Part shown: in pieces, positions 18,743-28,568 of the stretch
How the letters are laid out: each line of letters begins with the position of its first letter
Numbering within the stretch: position 1 is the first letter of the stretch
Assembly: GCA_023261845.1 (NCBI GenBank)
Contig: JALNJZ010000003.1
Coordinates: 64,001 to 128,000 of the forward strand
Direction of reading: 5' to 3'
Length of the DNA: 64,000 bases
Source of the DNA: Candidatus Terraquivivens tengchongensis
GTDB taxonomy: Archaea; Thermoproteota; Nitrososphaeria_A; Caldarchaeales; Wolframiiraptoraceae
Program-made: the position numbers and the translations under genes
The notes under the pieces: model-generated
What the model saw: the letters and a program-made list of their open reading frames with translations, nothing else
Told to the model about the DNA's origin: nothing
Databases searched by the model: none

Positions 18743-20791
18743 ATGGCAAAAGACCCCGTGTGCGGAATGTTCGTGGAGGAGACTGATGATGCTCTAAAAA
18801 CTACCGTGAGGGGTAGAACGTACTACTTCTGCAGCGAAACTTGTCTCAAGACATTCTTGATGCCTGAGGTTGAGGTTAGAAATCTGAAAAGGATGACCAT
18901 CCTTAGCTTCGCGCTAGGAATACCTGCCCTCATGTTGACATGGTTCTTGAGCCTACCCTTACCTATACCCAATAGTCTCCTGCTATTCTTTTTAGCAACA
19001 CCGGTTCAGTTTGTCGCGGGTTGGTCTTTCTACAAGGGCATGTGGCACGCTATTAAGGTCAAGTCAGCAAACATGGACACACTTATAGCCATAGGGACTT
19101 CTGCGGCATGGCTTTACAGCACGCTAGTTACGTTCATACCTTCCGTATTTCCTGAGGGTTTATACTATGAAGTATCGGCGTTAATAATAGCATTCGTACT
19201 TCTCGGAAGATTACTCGAGCATGTTGTAAGGAGGAAGGCATCGGATGCTGTGAGGAAGCTTATGGAACTCCAACCAACCACAGCAAGAGTGCTACAGGAT
19301 GGCACCGAGACAACAGTCCCCGTCGAGAAGGTAAGGGTTGGCGACCTTTTGTTGGTTAAACCAGGCGAGAAGATACCGGTAGATGGTGTAGTCGTCGATG
19401 GTCATTCGACAGTTGATGAAAAAGTGATCACAGGTGAAAGTATTCCTGTAGAGAAGGAAGTGGGCAGCGAGGTCATAGGTGGTACGATGAACAGAAGCGG
19501 AATCCTCTTGATTAGAGCTACTAGGGTTGGAGCCGACACCACTTTATCCCAGATAGTAAGACTTGTCGAAGAAGCTCAGGCCGCACAAGCTCCGATAGAA
19601 CGTTTAGCAGATAGAGTGGCCTCCTACTTCGTTCCCGTGGTCGTGGGCATCAGCATAACCGCATTCTTAATATGGTACTTCCTTTTCAGTAATCCGCTCA
19701 CCGGTCTTACGGCATTCATAGCAGTTTTGATAATAGCTTGCCCTTGTGCCTTGGGTTTAGCGACACCGGCAGCCGTGGTGGTTGGTTTAGGAAAGGGTGC
19801 TGAAAACGGTATTTTGATAAAAGGTGGCGAAAATCTTGAAAGGGCATATAAAATAACTACCGTGGTCTTTGATAAGACGGGCACACTCACAAAAGGTGAA
19901 CCAACAGTAACTGGCATCATCCTGTTAGATGAAATGGATGAGAAAGAAGTCATGAGGCTGGCCGCATCCGCAGAGTCTGGCTCGGAGCATCCTTTAGGGG
20001 AGGCCATAATTAAGAAGGCGAAAGAACTCGGAGTAGAACCTGTCAGACCGGAAAGCTTCGAGGCAGTTCCCGGCAAAGGTATTCTGACAACCGTGAATGG
20101 AAAACGTGTAGCAATAGGCAACAGGAAATTATTCCTTTCGTTGGGTCTTGAATTATCCGAACTGGAAGAAATTTTGAGGGCACTTGAGCAGGAAGGTAAA
20201 ACGGTGTTGATAATTTCGATTGATAAAAAGCCGGTTGCCCTAATAAGCGTGGAGGACGTTCTGAAGGAGCATGCGGCCGAAGCAGTGAACCAGCTGAAAT
20301 CCATGGGCCTCGAAGTCGTAATGCTTACGGGTGATAACGAAAGGACGGCGAAGGCTATAGCAAAGCAGCTGGGGATCGAACACGTGGTGGCAGAGGTCTT
20401 GCCTTCTGAAAAGCTCGAAAGCATAAAAAAGCTTCAGACGAAGGGAAAGATCGTGGCGATGGTCGGTGATGGCGTGAACGATGCTCCGGCGCTGGCTCAG
20501 GCCGACGTAGGAATCGCCATAGGTAGTGGAACAGACGTTGCGATAGAGACTAGTGGTATAGTCCTGATAAGAGAGGACTTAAGAGATGTCGTGGCAGCGA
20601 TAAAGCTCAGCAGAGCTATGATGCGCAAGATAAAGCAGAATCTTTTTTGGGCTTTCGCTTACAACATGGCGCTTATACCGGTGGCCGCCATAGGCTACCT
20701 CAACCCTATACTGGCCGGTATAGCCATGGCTCTGAGCTCGGTCAGCGTAGTCACGAACTCTCTTACGTTAAAAAGGCTGAGACTAAGATAA
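18743..20791 (+). CDS. copA: Cu(I)-type P1B ATPase with N-terminal YHS/TRASH domain
   Basis: DPVCGM…YYFCSETC, CPCALGLATP, DKTGT, SEHP, GDGVND, YN and MALSS. Confidence 0.93.
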   Translation: MAKDPVCGMFVEETDDALKTTVRGRTYYFCSETCLKTFLMPEVEVRNLKRMTILSFALGIPALMLTWFLSLPLPIPNSLLLFFLATPVQFVAGWSFYKGMWHAIKVKSANMDTLIAIGTSAAWLYSTLVTFIPSVFPEGLYYEVSALIIAFVLLGRLLEHVVRRKASDAVRKLMELQPTTARVLQDGTETTVPVEKVRVGDLLLVKPGEKIPVDGVVVDGHSTVDEKVITGESIPVEKEVGSEVIGGTMNRSGILLIRATRVGADTTLSQIVRLVEEAQAAQAPIERLADRVASYFVPVVVGISITAFLIWYFLFSNPLTGLTAFIAVLIIACPCALGLATPAAVVVGLGKGAENGILIKGGENLERAYKITTVVFDKTGTLTKGEPTVTGIILLDEMDEKEVMRLAASAESGSEHPLGEAIIKKAKELGVEPVRPESFEAVPGKGILTTVNGKRVAIGNRKLFLSLGLELSELEEILRALEQEGKTVLIISIDKKPVALISVEDVLKEHAAEAVNQLKSMGLEVVMLTGDNERTAKAIAKQLGIEHVVAEVLPSEKLESIKKLQTKGKIVAMVGDGVNDAPALAQADVGIAIGSGTDVAIETSGIVLIREDLRDVVAAIKLSRAMMRKIKQNLFWAFAYNMALIPVAAIGYLNPILAGIAMALSSVSVVTNSLTLKRLRLR

Positions 20792-20845
20792 AAAGCATCA
20801 AACAAGATTTTTATCCTAAATGTTGAAGTTTTAATCGAATAAAAT

Positions 20846-21613
20846 ATGAGCGTAGGCAGGAGCTTACTAAACATCATATACAACAGAAGAACTATCAGAA
20901 AGTTCAAACCCGCTGATATACCAGAAGAGTTACTCAACATGATAGTAGAGGCGGGTCAAAGAGCACCCTCATACAACCAGGCATACTCGTTCATACTCGT
21001 CAGCGATAAAGAAAAGAGGAAAGCACTCGAGGATATTTGTGATGTAAAGTACATATCGAATGCTTCTGCGATAATAGTCATATGTAGCGACCTTAATAGG
21101 GTTAGTAAGATGTATGATTACCTCAACCGAAACCATGTTTTGACCTCTGATGAATATCCTGTCGAGACAATATACAGCATATTTGAGACGGGGCTTGCAA
21201 CGCAGAACATGATCATTGCAGCCGAAGTTTTGGGCTTCGGCACCGCTCTACTTGACTGTGTGCTTGTTGAGGCAGAGCGAGTAGCGGCCTTGCTGGAGCT
21301 CCCAAAGGGGGTGATTCCCATAGGCCTCCTCTGTATAGGTGAAAAAGATGAACTGCCACCCAAGAGACCTAGGTGGCCGTTACGCATAGTTTTTCATAAA
21401 AATAAGTACCGAGAGCCGAATCCTTACGAAATCGCTAACTACGTCGAAGAATCTGCAGAAATATATGACCAAGAGGGTTATTTGATGAAGTACGCGGGTA
21501 TACCTATGAAATACAAGGATTACTTAATAGCAAAGGTTGAACGAACGAAAGAGGTAGAAAAGAAGTATGAAAAACTATCAAAATTCCTCAGGAAGTTAGG
21601 CTTTAAGATATAA
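20846..21613 (+). CDS. Nitroreductase family flavoprotein (NfsA-like)
   Basis: RRTIRKF, RAPS…Q, QNMIIAAEVLG and KRPRWP. Confidence 0.88.
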   Translation: MSVGRSLLNIIYNRRTIRKFKPADIPEELLNMIVEAGQRAPSYNQAYSFILVSDKEKRKALEDICDVKYISNASAIIVICSDLNRVSKMYDYLNRNHVLTSDEYPVETIYSIFETGLATQNMIIAAEVLGFGTALLDCVLVEAERVAALLELPKGVIPIGLLCIGEKDELPPKRPRWPLRIVFHKNKYREPNPYEIANYVEESAEIYDQEGYLMKYAGIPMKYKDYLIAKVERTKEVEKKYEKLSKFLRKLGFKI

Positions 21614-21677
21614 TTGCACCGCTAGATAACAATCCTAAGCTTTTTATACTATTGATGTAAAAAGCGTACCCGAAAGT

Positions 21678-22751
21678 ATGACGGAAATAGAACAACAAGT
21701 ATTGAATATGCTAAGGGAATACTCCCAACTTGTCGAGAGGGCTATAGAGCGTTACATGCCAAGAAAGTTTACACAGGAAGCTGCTACTAGGTTATTTGGT
21801 AAGCCGAGGTTTTCGTACGAACCTGAATCATTGACCAAGGCGATATCCGAACCATTCTGGGACCTTATAGATAGAGGCGGAAAGAGATGGAGACCAGCCT
21901 TGCTTTTACTGACGTATGAAGCGTTGGGCGGTAACGCTGAGGATATAGTGGACATAGCCATAATACCCGAAATCGTCCATAACGGTACGCTAATAATCGA
22001 TGACGTAGAGGACAACGGAGATTTTAGGCGCGGCAAGGAGTGCATCCACAAAATTTATGGTGTTGATATAGCGGTCAACGTTGGCAATGCGATGTATTAT
22101 CTCCCGCTTTTGGGTCTGCTGAACGATGATAGGATACCTGCCGATAAGGTTCTTGCGATCATGCGGTGTTATGTTGAGGAAATGCTTAAGCTGAGTCTAG
22201 GTCAGGCAATGGATATAGCTTGGCATAAAGGACTCGTTGAAGAAATTACCGAAGAGCACTATATGCAGATGTGTGCTTTCAAAACAGGTTCGCTGTCGCG
22301 TATGGCGGTCGGAATAGCCGGTATAATGGCCGGCGCTAGTCATGGACTCTTAGAAGGCCTAAAGGAGTTCGCGGAATCTCTCAGCATAGCTTTCCAGATA
22401 CAGGACGACATACTAAACATCGTGGGCGATATGACGAAGTATGGTAAGGAGATAGGGGGCGATATAAAGGAAGGCAAGAGGACGTTGATGGTGATATACG
22501 CATTGAAGCATTTGCCGAAGGATGAGGCAAACAGGCTCAAGGAAATCCTTTCGTTACACACGAACGAGCCCAGCCTAATAGAGGAGGCAATCACTCTGAT
22601 AAAGAAGAGCGGAGCGATAGAGTATGCGAGCGGAGTCGCCAGGGAGCTGGTCAGCAAGTCTTGGACGGTGCTAGATAAGCTCCTACCAGATACACCCGCA
22701 AAGAAGAAACTCAAGGCTTTAGCGGATTTTCTAATCACCCGCGAATTCTAA
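21678..22751 (+). CDS. Polyprenyl (geranylgeranyl) diphosphate synthase
   Basis: GGKRWRP, DDVED…RRG, GQAMD, KT, FQIQDD and DIKEGK. Confidence 0.93.
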   Translation: MTEIEQQVLNMLREYSQLVERAIERYMPRKFTQEAATRLFGKPRFSYEPESLTKAISEPFWDLIDRGGKRWRPALLLLTYEALGGNAEDIVDIAIIPEIVHNGTLIIDDVEDNGDFRRGKECIHKIYGVDIAVNVGNAMYYLPLLGLLNDDRIPADKVLAIMRCYVEEMLKLSLGQAMDIAWHKGLVEEITEEHYMQMCAFKTGSLSRMAVGIAGIMAGASHGLLEGLKEFAESLSIAFQIQDDILNIVGDMTKYGKEIGGDIKEGKRTLMVIYALKHLPKDEANRLKEILSLHTNEPSLIEEAITLIKKSGAIEYASGVARELVSKSWTVLDKLLPDTPAKKKLKALADFLITREF

Positions 22752-23879
22752 CACAGTCGTTTGTTCGGCACGTGCTAGCCTTTTAAGAGCCTCAATTTTT
22801 GATGCTTTCTCCAACTCTGCTGCCTCGATCATCTCTCTTAAGAAATTCGTTACCTCATCCATAGTCCTCCTTGATACAGGATATGGCACACCATCCTTTC
22901 CGCCAACAGCAAAACTATACTTCACAGGGTCCCTCCAGTCAATCTCTGCGCCGAATATGAGTGTAGCAATAAGAGCCAGCGCCCTGACGGTCGACGGCCC
23001 AACTCCCCTTATCTCGACAAGTTCCTCATAATTTCTTGGCTTGAGCTCGTACACCTTTCTCAACAAATTCCAGTTAATAGTTTTTGGCATGCGAAGATAT
23101 GCTGGGGTTTTTTCTATCACCATCGCATCAGTCCCTTCATCCAACCATCTGGTCAAGCTTTCCTGCTTATTGAGATTGTTGAACATGCGTATCAACTTTG
23201 ATGGTGATTCGCATACAAGGTCAACAGAAACTTTTCTAGCGTCCTCGCACTTTCTTGATGTCATGTTAAGAACCACGGATGATACGCCGTCGCTGACTAT
23301 GGAAGAGTGTGGTTCAACAACGAAGTTCTTCACGGCCTCACCGAGCCAGTGGTACCTTCTTGCATAACCTTCTGAAACATTCATTCCTTGTTGCACTACT
23401 GCCCACTTTCCTTTTTCATCTATAAATATAGTATGATGGTAAAGTTCATAACCATCCTGGACGAGCGCGTTATCAACCTTTGCGGACAATCTGCTTGCAC
23501 GTAGCAAATACTCCACCATTCCTTCATCAAATCCATACGAGATGAGCGTCGACCTTAACTCATCAGGCGTCCTTTTGCTTTTCAAACCCTTTCCGCCAGC
23601 GACCATGACACCATGTTTATCGAGGTTTAAGCTATCCCTAAGAACTCCAGTCACCACGGTGGTCAGACCACTTGAGTGCCAATCAAAACCAAGGACGCAA
23701 CCGAACGACTGGAACCACAAAGGGTCTGATACCCTCCTGAGAAACTCTCCTGTATCGTAACTATCAACGATAACGGAGACTATGGCATCCGCAAGCTTTT
23801 TCATCTTCTCTATAAGCCAGATTGGTGCATGGCCAGAATGTAGTGGTAGCTCGGCAATACCCGTCTTTACAGGTGTCAT
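22731..23879 (-). CDS. DUF763 family protein
   Basis: AELPLHSGHAP, GFDWHSSGLTT, KVDNALVQDGY, VVQQGMN and FAVGGKDGVPYPV. Confidence 0.9.
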   Translation of the reverse strand: MTPVKTGIAELPLHSGHAPIWLIEKMKKLADAIVSVIVDSYDTGEFLRRVSDPLWFQSFGCVLGFDWHSSGLTTVVTGVLRDSLNLDKHGVMVAGGKGLKSKRTPDELRSTLISYGFDEGMVEYLLRASRLSAKVDNALVQDGYELYHHTIFIDEKGKWAVVQQGMNVSEGYARRYHWLGEAVKNFVVEPHSSIVSDGVSSVVLNMTSRKCEDARKVSVDLVCESPSKLIRMFNNLNKQESLTRWLDEGTDAMVIEKTPAYLRMPKTINWNLLRKVYELKPRNYEELVEIRGVGPSTVRALALIATLIFGAEIDWRDPVKYSFAVGGKDGVPYPVSRRTMDEVTNFLREMIEAAELEKASKIEALKRLARAEQTTVLEFAGD

Positions 23880-23999
23880 TCATATTTATCAGAAACTCGG
23901 ATGATAATAAATGTAGTGTTCGTTAGAGCATTTGTGTCGTGGTTGAAAATGAACGTTTTTATCAAACTGTAGGCTCCCGATTATTATGGTGTATGCAAG

Positions 24000-24482
24000 T
24001 TGAAGATGGAGATAATAGATGTAAAGGTGCCTGAAGGTTGTAATGTTATATTCGGCATAACGCACTTCATAAAGAGTGTGGAAGACATCTATGAAGCGAT
24101 AGTGAACTCCGTACCAGGAGCGAAGTTCGGCTTGGCGTTTGCTGAGGCCAGCGGTCCATGCCTCATCAGGCATGAGGGTACGGACGGGGAACTAAGAAAG
24201 CTCGCGGCCGAAACGTTGCTCAAGATCGGGTGCGGTCATACGTTTTTGGTTTTTATAAAGGACATGTATCCTATAAACGTGCTGAACAGGTTAAAAGAGG
24301 TGCCCGAGGTCTGCACAATTCTGGCAGCCACAGCTAACCCGCTTCAGATTGTTATAGTCGAGTCGGAGCAGGGCAGGGGCGTGCTTGGTGTGATTGATGG
24401 TTACAAATCAAAGGGAATAGAAGGAGATGAGGACATAAAGAAAAGGAAGGAATTCCTAAGGAAGATAGGATACAAATTGTAG
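24000..24482 (+). CDS. Adenosine-specific kinase family protein (DUF355)
   Basis: HFIKSVEDIYEA, FAEASGPCLIR, ATANP and RGVLGVIDG. Confidence 0.88.
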   Translation: MKMEIIDVKVPEGCNVIFGITHFIKSVEDIYEAIVNSVPGAKFGLAFAEASGPCLIRHEGTDGELRKLAAETLLKIGCGHTFLVFIKDMYPINVLNRLKEVPEVCTILAATANPLQIVIVESEQGRGVLGVIDGYKSKGIEGDEDIKKRKEFLRKIGYKL

Positions 24483-24490
24483 CCGAGCGT

Positions 24491-25834
24491 TTAGAGGGTA
24501 CTCTTTGTGAATTCAACGTCGGTAACGAGTGCCCAAGGTGCATAGACTGGCGTTTCTACTTCCCACCACTCTATCCAGTGCCTCTCCGCGCTTAGAGCCG
24601 CTACGGAGCCCAGGAGCTTTATCATGTTACCGACGAGTCTTAGACCCTTGATTGGCACCTCTATGCTACCGTTCTTTATCATGAAGAGACCGTCCCTCGG
24701 TACTGTGGAGAAATCCCCCTCTCTGTAGTTTGAATATCTTAGATACCAGTCATTCGTTACGTATATGCCTCTATCGATCCCAGAAATCAATTTCTCAAAA
24801 GTCTTATCACCAGCTTCAACAACCAGGTTAAACGGTGTAGGGACTATTATCCCAGCATTCGCAGTACTTACAGTACCGTGCCTCTTCGCTGTTGTGCTGT
24901 TATGAAGATAGGTTTTCAAGATACCGTTTTCTACGATTACGTTCCTCCTAGTCGGCAACCCCTCATCATCGAAAGGCTCGGCACCATAGGTATTATGCAA
25001 CGTAGGATCATCGATTAGCGTGAATTTCTGCGAAGCGACCTGCTTTCCTAGCATATCGACCAAAAATGACGCCCCGATGTCAACGTTAAAGGCGGACGCT
25101 GCTGAGCCGAACTCATCGACGATATGAGCAAACGTCATAGGTCCTAAAATCGCGTCGTATTTGCCCGGCTCACCTTCGACAGGATTCAGAGCCATCTTTG
25201 CTATCTCACCAGCAATAGAACCAACCTCTTCTGGCCTAAATTCTGAACTATCAGCAGCAACCGTGGCAAACTGTCCCGTGGCATCGTCTGCCGCAAACGC
25301 TCTCACAGAAAGCGCTACAGCACTCTTCGTGGACGAGGCCTCTACGTTACCACTAGTGCAAAGCACGGTCTTGTCATTCATAGACCTAAGGGAACCCGCG
25401 ACCCTTTTAGCACCGGCGGATATCGCAGAGTTTACGGCAGCATTTACGTGATCGATGAGTATGTTGGGCTCCATAGCAACCTTGCCAACTTTTAGAAGAC
25501 GTTTATTATACTTAAACGGGCCATTTGGAAGGGGCGCATAAACATCCGAAGGTTGAACGGTCTTAGCGGTAGATACCAATCGTTCAACCGTTCGTTCAAT
25601 TGAAGCTTGTGAGAGGTCAGTTATTGTGCCCGTAACCCTTCTCTCTTTAAATGCTACGTACATTTCTAGCATAACGTTCTTGAAAGAGTTCGAAATGGTG
25701 ATGTTGTTATTCGAAAACCTTATCATCGTAGAATTTGATATGTTTAACCTTACTGCCGCATCGGAAGCGCCTAGCTTCAGAAATTTTCTAACAAGCTTTC
25801 TCGGAAGTTCCTGGACCTCTAAAGTGGTTGACAT
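24491..25834 (-). CDS. TldD/PmbA family protein (PmbA/TldE-like, no HExxxH)
   Basis: IRFSNN, PFDDEG, TANAG and GDFS…RDG. Confidence 0.88.
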   Translation of the reverse strand: MSTTLEVQELPRKLVRKFLKLGASDAAVRLNISNSTMIRFSNNNITISNSFKNVMLEMYVAFKERRVTGTITDLSQASIERTVERLVSTAKTVQPSDVYAPLPNGPFKYNKRLLKVGKVAMEPNILIDHVNAAVNSAISAGAKRVAGSLRSMNDKTVLCTSGNVEASSTKSAVALSVRAFAADDATGQFATVAADSSEFRPEEVGSIAGEIAKMALNPVEGEPGKYDAILGPMTFAHIVDEFGSAASAFNVDIGASFLVDMLGKQVASQKFTLIDDPTLHNTYGAEPFDDEGLPTRRNVIVENGILKTYLHNSTTAKRHGTVSTANAGIIVPTPFNLVVEAGDKTFEKLISGIDRGIYVTNDWYLRYSNYREGDFSTVPRDGLFMIKNGSIEVPIKGLRLVGNMIKLLGSVAALSAERHWIEWWEVETPVYAPWALVTDVEFTKSTL

Positions 25835-25900
25835 GCCGAGCCTCGTTACGCTGAACGAGAATAAAAGTTTAAACCTTGAACTTGACCGATTTATAAGGGA

Positions 25901-27553
25901 ATGTACGCAATTCCAGAGGATAGGTTAAATCTATTCGCACAAACAGCGCTCGAAGCTTCGAGAAACCTCTTTAAAGAAGATGACGTATCATGCCTCTGCA
26001 TTTATGGATCGCAAGTTTCTGGCTATTCTTCAAAGAGTAGCGACTTGGATGTGTTGTGTGTAGTGAAAGGTTTCAAAGAGGACATAAAGTATTACTATCT
26101 AAGGAATTTCGAGCCTACCGTCGCCGTCTTAGCGGTTGACGAAGATGCTATGAGGAGTGATGTGACAAGCGGTTCTTTGGGAGAATTCGTTGCAGGAAGA
26201 CTCCTAACGCCGTTTTATCCTGTTGTAGGCGTCGCGCTTTTGAAAGAATTCGATAAGACCTACAAGAAGAATGTTGTTTTGGAACTATGTGATAATCTGA
26301 TACTGGAACACAGGATGGCGGCGAGCGAGCTCTTGATACGACCCGAGTATTTTCTCTTCGAGAAGTTAAGGAGAAGGGCTTTGATGTACCCGCCAGCGCG
26401 CTATAGTTATTCAAAGATATTTTCTGGTCCCTATAAGAAGGTGAATACAGAAATTTGCATGAAAGGGTTCCATGCAGCTTTTGCGGAATTGGAATCTGAA
26501 GGTCTACTGGTCAAGGATGGCGAGTATTATCGCCTGTCTAACAAGTTTGTAGTTTCAACCTTAAACAGGGTAAGCACATTTGCCAAGAAACTTTATGATT
26601 TCGAAAGAATGTTTAAGATGTATCTCGTGCACGGTTATGCAGGGCGCTTTAACCCGCGTATCATAGCGGAGGAACTCTACTCAAAAATCAGGAGGTCGCT
26701 ATTTTACAAAGTTGAAGATGAACTTCCGGACCCGGAAGAATATGTGTTCATAAAAACCGCCATAGGAGAACAACCGTTAAAAGAGCGATTTGACATCCTA
26801 GATTTCGTTGAACAAGTTTATGACGTAGACAGAAATCAAATATCTATAAAGAAAATAGGCAGGATGCTTAACTCGACTTACGCGGTCACGATCCGCACAA
26901 AAGATTCAGAAGAGAAAATCTTTGTGAAGAAATACCTTAACTGGACAGATCTGAAGTGGGTAGTGGCGAGAATTTGGACCGTCGGTGTGAAGAATTTTTC
27001 GGTCGTAGCTGAAGTCAGACTTTCAAATGAAGTTTACTTCGTTAACAAGCTAGCGGAACTTGGCTTTAATACAGCTGACATATACCATGTAAATTGGAAG
27101 AAGAAGATGTTGTTCCAAAAATTCATCGAAGGACAAGACCTCATGCAGATATGGACGTCAGGAAGTGAGCAAAACGTGCGACAGAAGGCGGCGTTTATAG
27201 TAGGGAAAGAATTGGCAAAGATTCATCAATACAACATCACATTAGGTGATTGTAAACCTGAAAACGTCATAATCTCTGGAGACAAAGTTTACATAACAGA
27301 CTTAGAACAAGCTTCGTTCAACGGTGATAAGGCATGGGACTTAGCAGAGATTATCCTTTACATAGGACATTATCTCGATGTAAATAAATCGGTAGAATAT
27401 GCGCGCTCCCTTTTATCTGGATACCTATCCGTCGGAAGCAAGGATGTTCTGGAGAATGTTATTAGTGGTAAGTATACATCGCTCTTGGTACCTTGGACAC
27501 CCGTATGGGTGCAGAAGAGAGTTCTTAGCGAGGTGAAAGCGTTTCTTCGATAG
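25901..27553 (+). CDS. Pol-beta-type nucleotidyltransferase fused to a Bud32/Kdo-like kinase domain
   Basis: N-terminal YGS…SDLDVL; C-terminal VKKY, HQYNITLGDCKPENV, TDLE and WDLAE. Confidence 0.75.
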   Translation: MYAIPEDRLNLFAQTALEASRNLFKEDDVSCLCIYGSQVSGYSSKSSDLDVLCVVKGFKEDIKYYYLRNFEPTVAVLAVDEDAMRSDVTSGSLGEFVAGRLLTPFYPVVGVALLKEFDKTYKKNVVLELCDNLILEHRMAASELLIRPEYFLFEKLRRRALMYPPARYSYSKIFSGPYKKVNTEICMKGFHAAFAELESEGLLVKDGEYYRLSNKFVVSTLNRVSTFAKKLYDFERMFKMYLVHGYAGRFNPRIIAEELYSKIRRSLFYKVEDELPDPEEYVFIKTAIGEQPLKERFDILDFVEQVYDVDRNQISIKKIGRMLNSTYAVTIRTKDSEEKIFVKKYLNWTDLKWVVARIWTVGVKNFSVVAEVRLSNEVYFVNKLAELGFNTADIYHVNWKKKMLFQKFIEGQDLMQIWTSGSEQNVRQKAAFIVGKELAKIHQYNITLGDCKPENVIISGDKVYITDLEQASFNGDKAWDLAEIILYIGHYLDVNKSVEYARSLLSGYLSVGSKDVLENVISGKYTSLLVPWTPVWVQKRVLSEVKAFLR

Positions 27554-28568
27554 GGATGGCATACTCCTTATTCATACCCTCGAACGTACCGATTAGTAAC
27601 CACTTAAAGTGACGCCCACTTCTCAAATTCGTAACGCATTCTACCTTCCCAAAAGCCTCTATCCGTGTACCCTCTTTGAACATCGCGGTGAATGTTCCAT
27701 CAAAACATGCTAATATTTCTACATCCTTAGCGTATTCCTGTTCCGCCTCCACATCGGATAACTTGTAGATGGCTGGCATGAAGCACGATTCTGATGCATC
27801 AGAAATTACGGCCCTTATTTTAGCAAGACCCAGCCTACGGTAAACAACCTCACCATAACTTCTTGTCACTTCTTCGTCCAACCTAACGCCATGGATCGAG
27901 AAGGGCGTCCCTTTGTAGATGCATTTGTTCCTCAATAGCCTCGCCAGCCTTGATATTTTGCTCACCGGAATGGGGTACTTCATGCTTGTCCTCCTAATCC
28001 AATCATTCAACCTGAATTCATCAAGAGGTTTAACACCGTCAATTGAGTGCAGGTTATGCAATACCTTCCAAAAGTTGTTTTTCCCGTATACGACAAGGTC
28101 TATGTCCGACCTTTGATGATGCATTTTTAAGAGTATGGAACCGGTAATTCCCATGTTTTTAATTTCTACACCAGAGACCGCGGTTATTAATTCCACTAAT
28201 TCCTTAGTCTTACTCTCAAGTTCGTCCAAATTATCGCTTTCCATCATATCATGCAATCTTTCATCACATCTATATAATTTCGATATCTTGTTAAACGGAA
28301 CGCAAGACATCTCGGCATCTGTTGTTTCGTCGTAAAAAACATACTCAGGTTTATTTTTCTTGAGAAAATTTATCGTGTCAAGTAACTCTTGCATCGAATA
28401 CGTACATATGGTCCTCTTAAAACTTTTTCCCCATCTTGACCATACACCGTCACCTGGCAAATATTTTAAATAAGCGATAACTCTATCATGGGGGTGCTCC
28501 TCGCCTACTATGCAGAAGAACCACTCCTCTTGCGTTTCAACATAATCTTTGTCTCTAAACATTCTCAA
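27525..28568 (-). CDS. Predicted nucleotidyltransferase (COG1665-like)
   Basis: FRDKD, HPHDRVIAYLKY, GITGSILL…SDIDLVVYG and a C-terminal OB-like region (PAIY…GKVE). Confidence 0.75.
   Translation of the reverse strand: MRMFRDKDYVETQEEWFFCIVGEEHPHDRVIAYLKYLPGDGVWSRWGKSFKRTICTYSMQELLDTINFLKKNKPEYVFYDETTDAEMSCVPFNKISKLYRCDERLHDMMESDNLDELESKTKELVELITAVSGVEIKNMGITGSILLKMHHQRSDIDLVVYGKNNFWKVLHNLHSIDGVKPLDEFRLNDWIRRTSMKYPIPVSKISRLARLLRNKCIYKGTPFSIHGVRLDEEVTRSYGEVVYRRLGLAKIRAVISDASESCFMPAIYKLSDVEAEQEYAKDVEILACFDGTFTAMFKEGTRIEAFGKVECVTNLRSGRHFKWLLIGTFEGMNKEYAIPIEETLSPR

Noticed and set aside
19624-20424. Long antisense ORF in copA (similar ones at 56437-57297 and 30343-30921)
   Set aside because: These are Ser/Thr-rich mirror frames of conserved genes with no independent motifs.
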